A stretch of 63,488 nucleotides of DNA, counting the filler, from Reclinomonas americana ATCC 50394 (Eukaryota): NCBI GenBank assembly GCA_048213135.1. It is 10 parts of 6 records of this genome, joined end to end, with 100 filler letters (N's around TTAATTAATTAA, not from the genome) between each part and the next. Parts side by side here need not be neighbours in the genome. Positions count along the whole stretch, not along the records: positions 1 to 1,831 come from PS015728.1; positions 1,932 to 3,311 come from PS015728.1; positions 3,412 to 28,090 come from PS015728.1; 7 more parts are not named here. One strand, 5' to 3'. Both the position numbers and the translations under genes were made by a program. Positions 1 through 14,900 of this stretch are shown piece by piece; the first letter of the stretch is position 1, and every line of letters starts with the position of its first letter. Under the pieces are notes generated by a model. That model saw only the letters and a program-made list of their open reading frames with translations, had not been told where the DNA came from and ran no database searches.

Positions 1-1782
<1,782 letters not shown>

Positions 1783-1831
1783 GTTGCGTCGCTCTGTTTG
1801 CCTTCCTTGTGCCTGCTTTGAGTCTGTTTCG

Positions 1832-1931
1832 NNNNNNNNNNNNNNNNNNNNNNNNNNNNNNNNNNNNNNNNNNNNTTAATTAATTAANNNNNNNNNNNNN
1901 NNNNNNNNNNNNNNNNNNNNNNNNNNNNNNN
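1832..1931. other. Artificial 100-nt assembly spacer (N44-TTAATTAATTAA-N44); also at 3312-3411, 28091-28190, 30081-30180, 34607-34706, 45857-45956, 53299-53398, 56723-56822, 60987-61086
   Basis: Identical six-frame-stop 12-mer embedded in Ns, always 100 nt in total. Confidence 0.97.
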
Positions 1932-1973
1932 TTCCCTTGTCCATCAGCAAATCATGATTATTGTGCGCCTTGA

Positions 1974-3311
<1,338 letters not shown>

Positions 3312-3411
3312 NNNNNNNNNNNNNNNNNNNNNNNNNNNNNNNNNNNNNNNNNNNNTTAATTAATTAANNNNNNNNNNNNNNNNNNNNNNNNNNNNNNNNN
3401 NNNNNNNNNNN

Positions 3412-4268
3412 CGCCAGGCACAATGTATCCGCGCTCATTGAGAATGGGATCAATGGCCGCCGCATAGATCGCCACGTCGGGATGCGCCTCGCGCAGTGTC
3501 TTCCCAGCAGGAGACAGAGAAAGAATCAGCACAGCAGCGGGCGGAAAAAATAGGTCATGCAATATCCGGGAATCACCTTGACACCACGATCGCAGCCGAC
3601 CAAGCACAAGAAGCGAATGCACGGCGTATAATCAATGCCCTCCATGCGCGCCGCAATCCACGACTTGATCTGCGTAATCGCCTCCTTGGCCGTGCCACCC
3701 TAACAAACAAAGAGAGGTCACAACAACAACCCCAAATGTGCGCGACTTCTTCCTTCATGCATGCATACCGTGCCCAACATGGGATCGACCACGAGAATGT
3801 TTCGCGCCGGCCGCTCATGCAACTCCAGCTTGTTGTAGTAGGTCGACGGAAGCAACGTCACATGATCGCGTTCAAAGCCCAAATGCAGAATTTTGGTGAA
3901 CTCGTCGGGAAGCAGCTTGATCACACCGTCGACCATGCCCAAGCCTTGCACGAGAGAGTGAGTCAGAAGAGAGAGAGTGTGTGTGAGAGTGTGTGTTTAC
4001 CTGCGCGCAAGACGGGCACGACATCGATTGTTCCGTCGAGTGTGCGTGCACCCGACGCCTCTCCGCACGGCGTCATCACTGGCTGTGTGCGCAGGGGAAA
4101 GTCGGCACACGCGTCGACGGCCAGCAGCGCGGAGAGCGCAGAGACGGACTCGCGGAACACCAGAGGCCGCGTGCTCACATCGCGAATGCGAGAGAGGTGG
4201 TACTCGGCGAGCGGGTGGCGCAGCACAAACACGTGCGGGTCTTCCTCGTTCCACAGAGTGCACGCCAT
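3412..4268 (-). CDS. UPRT: Uracil phosphoribosyltransferase (at least 4 exons, 3' end in gap)
   Basis: [32 protein letters not shown], the PRPP-binding [11 protein letters not shown], and [16 protein letters not shown] are UPRT/upp motifs. Confidence 0.93.
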
Positions 4269-4308
4269 TCGTTTGCAAACAACAAGTGAAAGGTGATTTT
4301 ATGCCGAA

Positions 4309-5910
4309 TCATGTGACAACGAGGACGGGTGCGACGTCCTTTTCTCTGTGCGTCGATGATGTTGGCCACTCGATGACCATGGGAACCACTTCGGTGCTGT
4401 GCGGTGAAGTGTGAGTGAGCAGCAGCAGCAGGCGTGATCGGTGGAGATGCACGCAACTTCATGGTCACAAAACCGGCGGGGAACTCGTAGCCGACGGCTC
4501 GATAGAAGGCGTCGATCATTTCGCTGTGTGTTACTGCGTGCAGGTACAGAAAGGTGATTGAGAACATGCTACAAATGGCGGCGACATAACGCAGCACTGG
4601 CTGCACGAACCAATGCCGATTGTCGTGGCCGACTCCTCGGCAAACAACTGCGGTGAAGTGAGATGACAGGGCCATGCAGCGCAGCGGTGACTGAGAGAGG
4701 ACTCTCACCTTGTACAAAAACACCTTGGCACGCGCGACACGCTCTGCAATGCTCTCCTGCTTGTCGACTCGGAACAGCACGTCGCCGTCGGCAATAAGAC
4801 CACCGACACCTGCATGTGCGCTGTGAGACCACACACGCTGCTGCATGTCGTCGCACTCCATGGCAAAAACGCACCAGCGCCGCCAGCAGGTCGCACGGGG
4901 AATGCAAAGGTAATGTTGGGCAGGTGTCCAAACTGGTCGGCGAGGCCGCCGAGATTCGCCGGCTGACAGCCCGTGAACCACGGCGGTGGAGGCGCAACGC
5001 CGGAATAACGCGGACCCGACACGGACTGTCGCTGATTGCACCAGTCTGCGCCGACACCGGCACGAATCAACTACAAAGAACAAAGTGAGCGCACCGAAGC
5101 ACCTCAGCACAAGTCGCCATTATGAACCTCGCTGGTCACAAACGTCTTGTTGGTGAGACCGCCAAACACACCGGCGGCCGTCTGCAGTGTGCGAGTGAGA
5201 GGCGACACGTAGAACTTGGTCGCCGGGTCGGACAAGCCCAGGGCGTCGAACCACGTCGCTCCCTTGGTGCCAGCAGGTGGCGGCGACCGCAACAGGGCAT
5301 TCAGCCGAATGGTCTGGTCAAAGCCCACATCCGACAGCGGTGAGTCCCAGTACCGACGCAGGGCTCCATCAAACAGGAACTCGCAGTGACCCTGGTGGAC
5401 GTCGAGCGGAGCCAAGTTCTCCCATGCTTGTCCGTGGCGCACAAGAATCAACAGCTTCCGGTGAACCCCGGGTTCCCGCACCAGTGCACGGATCGAGTCC
5501 CACGACTTGCGTGCTCCAAACAGTGGCTGAACAGCAGCACCACGCACATACACACACACACACCTGTGAGACAAGCGACTCACTGACCCCCACGCATTAA
5601 TATCACTCACAAACTGCAGCTCGCCCATGGGTGGGATCCCGCCCTGCTCTTGGAGGAAGAGGTCGGGCAGCTGGGTGCAGTTGGTCTCGTCGTGCACAAT
5701 GGAGGAGAGCAGCATCTGAGACCACGAGGAGGTGCCTGTGATCAACGGATCGGTCTCCACCGACGATTCCATCCACATGACACGCTGCTCGAGTTCACGC
5801 GCCAGCACTGCGGAAGGTAGTGGAGGTGGCACAACAGCAGCCGCTACTACTACAGCTGCGGTGATGGTAAACAGCAACAACAGTGCTGCGCCCCTGCTCC
5901 TCATCATCAT
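4309..5910 (-). CDS. Histidine phosphatase (phosphoglycerate mutase-like superfamily) with predicted signal peptide, multi-exon
   Basis: Hydrophobic N-terminus; KLLILVRHGQAWEN (RHG motif), DSPLSDVG, VSPLTRTLQTA, AVTHSEMI and spliced N-TEVVPMVIE. Stop TGA at 4309-4311. Confidence 0.85.
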
Positions 5911-5991
5911 GACAATCTATCAACAACGAAGCAGGACACCGACACACCGCCGTCGCTCTTCCATAAACAAGACTTCATTACCTCCATCTAA

Positions 5992-8900
5992 TCACCGCCT
6001 TGCGCTCCTCTGACCTCCTCGACTCGACGACGGGGCCGGCGCACGAATGCTGCTGACCACATCGGTCTCGTCGTCGGCCACTTCGCTGGCAGCTGCGGCG
6101 GCCGCGGCTGCGGCGGCGCCCTGCGTGGCCAGATCGTTCAGCAGAGTGAACTTTTGCGCCGTGTTGGCCGAAATCTCGCGCAAGAGGTTGTCGGAGCCGC
6201 GTAGCGACACCTGTACTCGGCCTACGCGATCGTTCATGGTGGCCAGCTGCTCCTGTACCCGCTGCAACTCGGCCGCCACATCCACCTCCGCCTCGGCGTT
6301 GCCACCGCGTCGCGAAACGACCTGCTCCAGGTGCTGCGATCTGTGGTTTCATGCACGACCACCACCACCACCACCGACAGCAGGTAAGTGTGTGTGCGTA
6401 CAGACACTGCATAGTCCCTCACACACAGAGTCGCACCTCTCGCTCGGGAAAAACGCAATCTCGCCCTGCTCGATGTGATCCAACACAAACAGCTCCGTGC
6501 CGCTGAGCATCCGACGGTCCTCCACGTTCCACAGGTGCGAGAAAAAGTGCACATAGTCCCACGGACTGTGCTCGAGCGTGCGATGATCTTGAAAGTTGAG
6601 TCCCTGCGCGCCGTCTTTGCGTCAGACACTGCGACCGAAAAAATCGCGTGATGATCAAGCCCGCCCACGCACCTCTCGCTCAAACACGTGCGGAGGCAAA
6701 TCACAAATGAAGCAACGGCCGGCACGATCCTTGGCAATGAGCTCACGTTCCGCACGCAGCGCGCCGAACGAGTCGCTGAGGGGAATCGAGTTAGCACGAG
6801 GAAGACAAACTGTAGCACGACGTTTGCCAGTGGACGCAACATGATGATACCGAGGAAGATGTTGAGCAGAATAATCATGAAGAAGAAGAAGAAGGAGAGC
6901 TGGAAGAGCAGTTCGGAGCCGAGTCCGGACAGCAGACCACGAAGTTGGTCGCCGCCCGACGGTACTTGTGCAATGATCACGGCCCAACATGTGAGGATGC
7001 TGTCGCAAGACAACTGCACGGACGCACACACACACACACACACTCCTGTCAGTAAGCAGCCCTCACATATAGGCAGCTCGGCCTGTCTCACCTGGCTGCC
7101 GAAATACACAAAGCCTATAATGGCGTAGAAATACACGATCAAGAAGCCGAGCAGCAGCGTGAGGAAGAGAGAGTAGGCGTTGCTAGTGACAGCCTGCAAC
7201 ACGTTGACCAGCACTGGCGTGCGAGTCACCAGCTCAATTAAGTGGAACGCGAAAAAGTAGGGCGACACCGCCAGCCCCAGGATGGCAAACAGTAGCGTCA
7301 GCGCCCTGCGCAGAGTGAGCACTCGGAGGGGAAAACAAGCCGCCAATCCCCCACTCATGCACGGCCACACCTGTATATGGCTAGTCGACTGAAGGCTGCC
7401 TTGACTTTTCGAGCAGTGGCCGCCACTTTCGACGGTTCCGCCTCGGGTCCGTGAATGCTCTTGTAGGCGCGCCGGAATCTCTCGAATGTTTCGTTCCCTG
7501 TCGCCAGCATGTCAGCCACAACAACTTCTCAATCTCCTTCCTCTTCGTTTCCACTCGTACGTAACTGCCAATGATGGCTTCGGAGAGCCAGTACGAGGCA
7601 TTAGCCACGACACTGCTCACCAGCAGCAGTGCGCCGAGAATAATCAAGTGGATCGGCTGCGCCTCCGCCGGTGGCGAGTTGATAAACAAGTCGAGATTGA
7701 TGGCCACCGTCAGGAGAATGCTCAGCCACACGCTGCCGCGTTGCACCCAGGGGGTGTTGGCAAACTGCAGCGCACTGCTGCGTTGCGAACGCTCGCGGAA
7801 TTTCATGCGCGCGTGCATATCACGCGACATGTCGACGAAATCCGTCAACTTCTCCGCTGCACTGCCGCGATTGACCTTGGTCTCAATGTCGTTCTTGTCG
7901 GCGGCTGTCAGCAACCGACTCGACACATCCTTGGCAAAGAACACCACCTCAATGTCCTCTCCGCGCAAGACCTCCACGCGGCCCAGCAAGTTCTCTCGCG
8001 AGAACCGTTGCTTCCCTGTGCGTCGGCATCGTGAGCAAGAAAGAGAGTGAGAGAGAAGCAAATTACAGCACTGCACATGTGCCGCCATCGCAACTGGGTG
8101 ACAGGTAATCGATCTCACGGGTACTGTGGTGCGTGGTCAACTGCAGGTAGTTCCACGCCCGGATGAGCATCAGGCGCTCCTCCTTGAGAGTGGCCATGAG
8201 GTCGTGCCGGCCAAATGGAATCCACGACTGGTGCGGCCACAGCAGCTGGTTGTACTCGCCAACGCGGGCCTTGAGGCGCCGGCGGAAACCCAGCTGGCGC
8301 AGAACGGTGGCATGCGCCAGCTGCGTCTCACCGCCCTCCATAAACATGGTCGTCAGCTCCACCACCGTCAGCAGCACACGCCGCTGAATGCGCGACACTC
8401 GTTGCTTGGTGACATTCAACAGATTCTCCGTCAACGTGCGCAGCTCGGCATCGTCTGCTCGCTCCGCTCTGTGTCTTGTGACAGATGCAAACGTCTCTGC
8501 ACGCGCCGCCTCAGCCGCAGCCTTTCGTACACGCGCTCGCGCAGTCATGCGCGACTCAATGTCTGCACCAAGGCCGCTCCAGTGGAACGAGATGCCCAGC
8601 AGATCGCGAAGGGCCATCAGGAACGGCTCGTTGGCCATGAGAACCTTCAAGTTGCGCGTGTACGGCCCGCGAATGGTCTGCGTCAATGAAGCAGTGTGTG
8701 AGAAGCGAGATGGTAGCGGGTGAGAGATGGGGATGATGCTCTGACCTTTTCAACTGTGCGCAAAATCTGCACGACTTCGTTGACCTCAAAATCGCGCAGG
8801 CGTTGCGTGCTCGTCACTGCGTACGAATGTGTGCGTGTGTGAGTCACGCAGAACACATGTACACAAGCGCATAACCACATCCACAAACCATGCATGATGA

Positions 8901-11900
8901 CCTCGCGTGCGTACACCAGAATGCGACTGAGCAACTTGAACCGCCCAGTCTGCAACGCTCCTTGCGCGTCCTCACCAAACTCCTCGCACAGCTTCTCAAT
9001 CACGAGCAGCACCTCTGTGCTGCTCAGTCGCTCTTGCACAGTGGAAATCAGTGACAAGCCTGTCAACAGAATGCATTTGGTCAAAACAGAGAGCGAGGAG
9101 CACCAGAGAGACAGGTCACCACGCACCAGTGAAGCCGAGGCGATCCTTGGTGTGCTGAATGTACGCAATAGCGCGCTGCAACAGCTGGTCGCACGTGTAC
9201 AGCAAGCCAGCACCACTGCAACATGCTGGCAGTGAGCGTTCCATCGCACAGAGTGAGTGGTGCTAATTGTTCTCTGGTGAACTCAACTCATCGCTGGTCT
9301 GCAGAATGGCTCGCTTGGTCTTCTCGTCGGAGCCACTGAGAAGATTCTCAATGGCGCGCAGCACACGACCGGTGAAGCGCGAATCGTCCAGATGCTCATG
9401 CAGAAGCGTAAGCACCTCGGTCATAATCAGTGACACGTACTGAGTGTGTAAGAGAGGGATGAGCGACAACAATCATCGACTGCAATTCGTCGCCACAAGT
9501 CGCCCAAACCTCCGAGTCCGAATGCGCATCATCCTCGGAACCTCCACCACCTCCGCCTCCTGTCCTGGTGCCCGATGAAGCAGAAGAGGTCCACAGGCCT
9601 TGCGATGTGCTGAGAATGTCGAGCACCGTTTCCACGTAGATGCGCGCTTCGGGATCGCTTCGCGCAGTACGACTGAGCAACGTTGCGTTGCGCACAAAGT
9701 AGAACAGGTTGCGCTTCTGGAATGCACCCAGTTCGTTGGTGGCCACGGCCTTCTCCGATTGGATTTGCGCGGCGGCTGACCGCTTGACACTCGACAACAT
9801 GGTGGCGAGACTGCACAGGCACGCGAACAGCAGCAATGAGAAGCCCGCGATGTTTCACCTTCGTCATGGGTGTACTCAACTGATCGCGGAACACCTTGTC
9901 TTCGTCGGGACGTGCGCTCAGTGTCAACAACGAGGCCGACACGTGAACCACTGCAGGCGACAGAGTGAACACACACACACACTTTCTCTCTTTGGAGACG
10001 CGAGGCAAGGGTTTGATGTACACAACACACCATCTTCCGATGTTTCCTTCACGGCCGAGGCTGTCTTTCGTGATGCCGTGATCAGTTCAGTGGGACGCGC
10101 CTGGAGCCGCCGCAACTGGCCCTGCACGCGCTCCGTCGACTCGTACCTGTCACAGCAGCAATGAGCGTGTGGTTGCTCGACACTTACTTTCCCACAGCAC
10201 AGAGCACGAGGCGTACCACCACAAGACGCGGTCGATAACATTGGCCACATCGTCCGGCATATTGAGCGACTCGGTGCGCTCACGAGCGCGATACAACATG
10301 TCGACCCACTCGTTCAAAAACATGTCGTCGAGTGTGTCTGGAAGCACCAGTCGAGACGATGCGGAGAGCACTCGGTCAACAACCGGGGCCACCGAGGTGC
10401 TGGGTCAAGAGAAAGAGTGAGCGACGAAATCAACACAACATGTACCCGAGAACAAAAACGCAACATCCACCGCGGCACAGCCGACATGGGTCGTGGCGCC
10501 TCATCGTCCATCTCATCCACGTGGTCGACGGGAGCGTCAGAGGTCTGCACGACCAACGACAGCACCATGGGAGCATCGGAGAGACGTCGCGCTCTCTCCG
10601 ACGGCGGCTCCATCATCAAATCCGCCTCCATGGGCGGTGGCATGCGCCGAGGCAGCATGGGCGGTTCACTACCAGCGGGCATCACCACCGTGGCGCGACG
10701 ACGACGACCCTGCACCATCATGTCCTCCGGTGTCACCATGCTGCAGCAGCAATACCGAAATGCGTCAGAGAGAGATAAAAAAAGCCTGGTGGAAGGGGTG
10801 GGGGAATGCAACTGCGACGACAGTCGACGCTCGCGCAAGGAATGCGATGCCGACGCAGCGTCGTCCCCAGTGGCGATGCGTGAGCGAATGTGGTCCGGCA
10901 GCAAATAGTCCATGTCCACACGACCGCCACTGCAAGAGCCAGTCAGTGTCAATACTTTACATGAGCAAGCTGTCGGCCACGACTCACGGTGGCGGGGCAG
11001 CAGGAGGTGGGCCAGCGCGCCCGTTCATGGAGCCATTCGCACGACTCGGATGCACCACCGTGTGCACTCGCGGTCTACCAATGCCCACTGGTGATTCTCC
11101 TGCATTGTACAACAAGCCACGGTAAGTCGCGAGTGACAGACAGACTGCGTGATCGGGATGATGATTCACCTTCGGGAGACGTGGCGCGAATAAGTGGCAC
11201 ACGCTCCTCGCCGCCATTCATTCCGACTGCGGCGGCACTGCCGGCCACCACGTGTGGCGACACAGATCCGCGACGCTCTCCTTCAGCCGCAGCCCCTGCC
11301 CCCACCGAGGCCGCACGGCGCACGCGGTGCGCTGCAGCACATACCAAGCCGTCAGCACGTGCTGCCGATCACCACGCCCTCCCCCAACAACTCCTCACCA
11401 CTCTTGTTGGCCATGCGCATCACGTCGTCCACGTTCTGCAAGACCGACAACGTGAACTGCATGGTGGGTGCCGCCCGTCCCTGGCCTCCGCCGTCGTGAT
11501 CGCCCACATGAATGTTGTCCACGTCGAGCACCGAATCCTCCTCCGAGTCCGTCACCTCCGACGCCGGATCCATATGCAGCTGTCGCAAGATCTCCTCAAG
11601 ACTCTGCGGCTGCTTGACGGTGGCGCGCTCCTTGGCCACCTGCGTCCGCATCAACATCAGCACACAAAGAGACATGAAAATGAAAAAAACGCAAGCGCAA
11701 CATCGGCCAGCAGACGGTCCATGTACGTGCGAATGCCCTCCTCCTTGGCACAGCAAGCCGACAGAGCGGCCACACACAGGGAGATCTGGCACAGCAGCAC
11801 CTTCCACGAGGCTGTGCGCTCACGCGCCTCCTCCACAGCAGCGGCCGTGGCCGCCACCGACGCAGCAGCACGCCCGCCGTCGGCAGACATTGCAAATGAG

Positions 11901-14900
11901 GTGGTGGATGGATCGGGCCGATAGATCTCCGCATCACGCATGCGATCACCACGCCGATCACCAGCCACAAACACTCGGAACGGATCTATTGCGTCTCCAT
12001 TCTGCAATGGCAGAGGGTGGCAAGAAAGAGAGTATGAGACGCGGCGCTCACATGCGCGAGTACGCCGCTCGACACAGACACACACCGCTGTGCTCTCCTT
12101 GGAGCGAGGCGTGAAGAAACGAAGGACGCGACGGAAGCACGGCATAATGTACGATGTGAGAGGAATGTCGGATAGCATGATTGCCGTGATGCCTGCGCGA
12201 CTGCATGAACAATCGTGCGGTTTCACACACATGTAACCCACACAAACCATCATCCTCGGTACACAGCGCAATAACGTCGAGGAGAGAAGAGCAGGTGACT
12301 TGCAGCAGTGCGTGGATTTCCTTCCACCTGCACAGGCGGTTGGTCGATCCCTTCAAGCAAGCAAGGAGGGAGAGGCACCACAGCAACCGACGCAACTCCT
12401 CCAGCGAAAACAGCGACAGATCACGCGAAAACACATTGTGCAACAGGAACTTCCACAGTGAAGTGTACAGAGGTTCCGGCATCCACGCGCGACACTCGGT
12501 CAACGCGTACACCACCTCGTCGAGATGGAGCCAGCGGCACGTCAGTGATTGAGCTTCCTCGTTGCCGCGAGCACCCACCACAGCCATGAGGTTGATGAAA
12601 CTCACAGTGTCCAACCACGACCGCTCCGAGGTCCACAGTTTGTCTGCGCGTTGCGAGGCACCAGGTCAGCGGAGGGAGAGCGGGGAGGAGAGTGGGGGGA
12701 ACGGCAACAACCCACCGGCAGACGGATCTGTCATGGAAGTAATCAGGCGCACAAAGTTGCGGAAGCCACTGAGGTACTCGGCCACCATGCCCGGATGTTG
12801 GACAAAGAAGCGAGCGACTCGCAGCTGCATGCAGCATGTCTGGAATCAGCACAGCAAGGAAAAATAAGTCGGCAAAGACCACGCACAACTTTACCTGGAA
12901 TGCTCGCTGATGTGGGCCTTCATTGGCGCACACCGACGTGAGCATGTGTGCATACACAGGCGATAGGCGGCCGGCAGAGCGCGACGAATGCACGGACGCA
13001 GAGGCAGCCTCCTGCGCAATGGAGTATGAGCCATGGAGGCACAGAGCGAGTCATAGTAGCAACAGAAACGACGCACCGCATCCTCGGCGCTCATCACGGC
13101 TGCCGTGGCACGCAAGTGATGCATGTAGCCGGCATTGGCCTCGGCCACTTGTCGCAGGCGGTCAGTCACCGACTCGATGATGAAATTGCCGGCCACCTCG
13201 AGGTGACACACTCGAGCCATTTGCGTCAGCAGCGAGCCGAGCGGACCCTTGCTGTCATCAATGCCTGCATTTGGGGGGAAAGGTAGGGTCAGACCCGATA
13301 CAGCACGACGACGAGTGCCGCGCAAATGTGCACGAAACCTGGCTCATCGAGGAAATCAGGCAGCAGCGGTTGAATTTCGTGCGTGTTGCCGTCGTGATTC
13401 TCAATGTACAACACAAACACCTGGAAGCACTTGTTGCGCAGTGACTCGATGTGTCCCACGCGCGTCGCCCGGTACAACTCGGCCATTTCACGGGCCACGC
13501 CGGCATTGTGCATCACGTCCTGCACCACACTCAGCGTGTCGTCGCGCCGTTTGGCCGTCAACAATTTCTCGTGCCACCTCACGAGAATGGTGGAAATCGG
13601 CCGCATGTTGTCCGCGATACCGGCCTGCACCAGATCTGCAACGAGGGGAGAATAAGAGGGAGTGAGGGCACACAGGTGCAATTCCCCGGTCACGTGCATC
13701 AAGACGCACCACGCAGATACTGCGCCTGCGCAAAAGTCTCCTCGAAGAGGTACACGGTGTTGCCGCCCATCAGCACGTTCAGATTCTCCGTGGCGCGCGC
13801 AATGCGCGCCCAGTGAGTCCGCCGGCTCATCATGTACCGGAACGCCACCTCGCCCAGCGTCACGTCCTGCAAATCAAAGAGGCCCTCGAGCGTCTGCGCC
13901 GGGATGCTGTGGAAAGAATTGTGTGAGATACCACCTCCTTCCCTCCGTGCGACGAGAATCCCGGGCAGACCTCGTCACTCGAATGCCGGCCGCGCGCTCA
14001 AAGATGGCCATGTACCGACTGTCGGCCGCCGATCGGCCGCCATCGTACTGCTGTCGTGCCTCGCTCAGCAAGCGCGTGAGTGCCGCACGTGAACTGGTCT
14101 GGTGCTGCAGCTCGCCAAAGTCGACACCCATGCTGTGCGCCACAAGTCACGAATGAGCGGAAGAGAAGAGCACAATAGACGGGAACGCGCGCGGACTTGC
14201 CTGCGCACACGGCGCTCCTGGTCCTCGAGGAAGATGAGGAAGGCGCCCCACAACGCAGCCACCGCGTTGGTTGTCGTGCGCGCCTCCACCGTGATTCCGA
14301 GGCGGCACAATTGTGTGGCGAGTGCCAGACACACGCGATACACCGGACCGGTGCGGTAGGCACGTCGTTCGCGATTCGACACCTCTTCGTCGTACCACGG
14401 GCTGTCCAGTGGATCGTTGGCCGAGCCGCCCAACACGTCACGCAACTCTGCGCATGGCGACGTGAGAGAGAGAGAGCGAAAGAGAGGCAAAAAAACAAGC
14501 ACACAAACACACCGCCGTCCATCTGATCGGCCGCCGACGAGTTGCGGCCCAGATAGTATGGCAGCATGTGCGTTTGCACAAACACGGACACTGCATTCAC
14601 GACGTTTCGCAGCACCTCGGCGACAAACGAGNNNNNNNNNNNNNNNNNNNNNNNNNNNNNNNNNNNNNNNNNNNNNNNNNNNNNNNNNNNNNNNNNNNNN
14701 NNNNNNNNNNNNNNNNNNNNNNNNNNNNNNNNNNNNNNNNNNNNNNNNNNNNNNNNNNNNNNNNNNNNNNNNNNNNNNNNNNNNNNNNNNNNNNNNNNNN
14801 NNNNNNNNNNNNNNNNNNNNNNNNNNNNNNNNNNNNNNNNNNNNNNNNNNNNNNNNNNNCGGTCGTCCAGTCGCAGCTAGTCACGAGATGAGCATTCTCA

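Noticed and set aside
1832..1931. Recurring TTAATTAATTAA palindrome as a biological motif
   Set aside because: It is always centred in exactly 100 nt of Ns, so it is an artificial six-frame-stop spacer. ORFs ending in LIN or N are artefacts of it.
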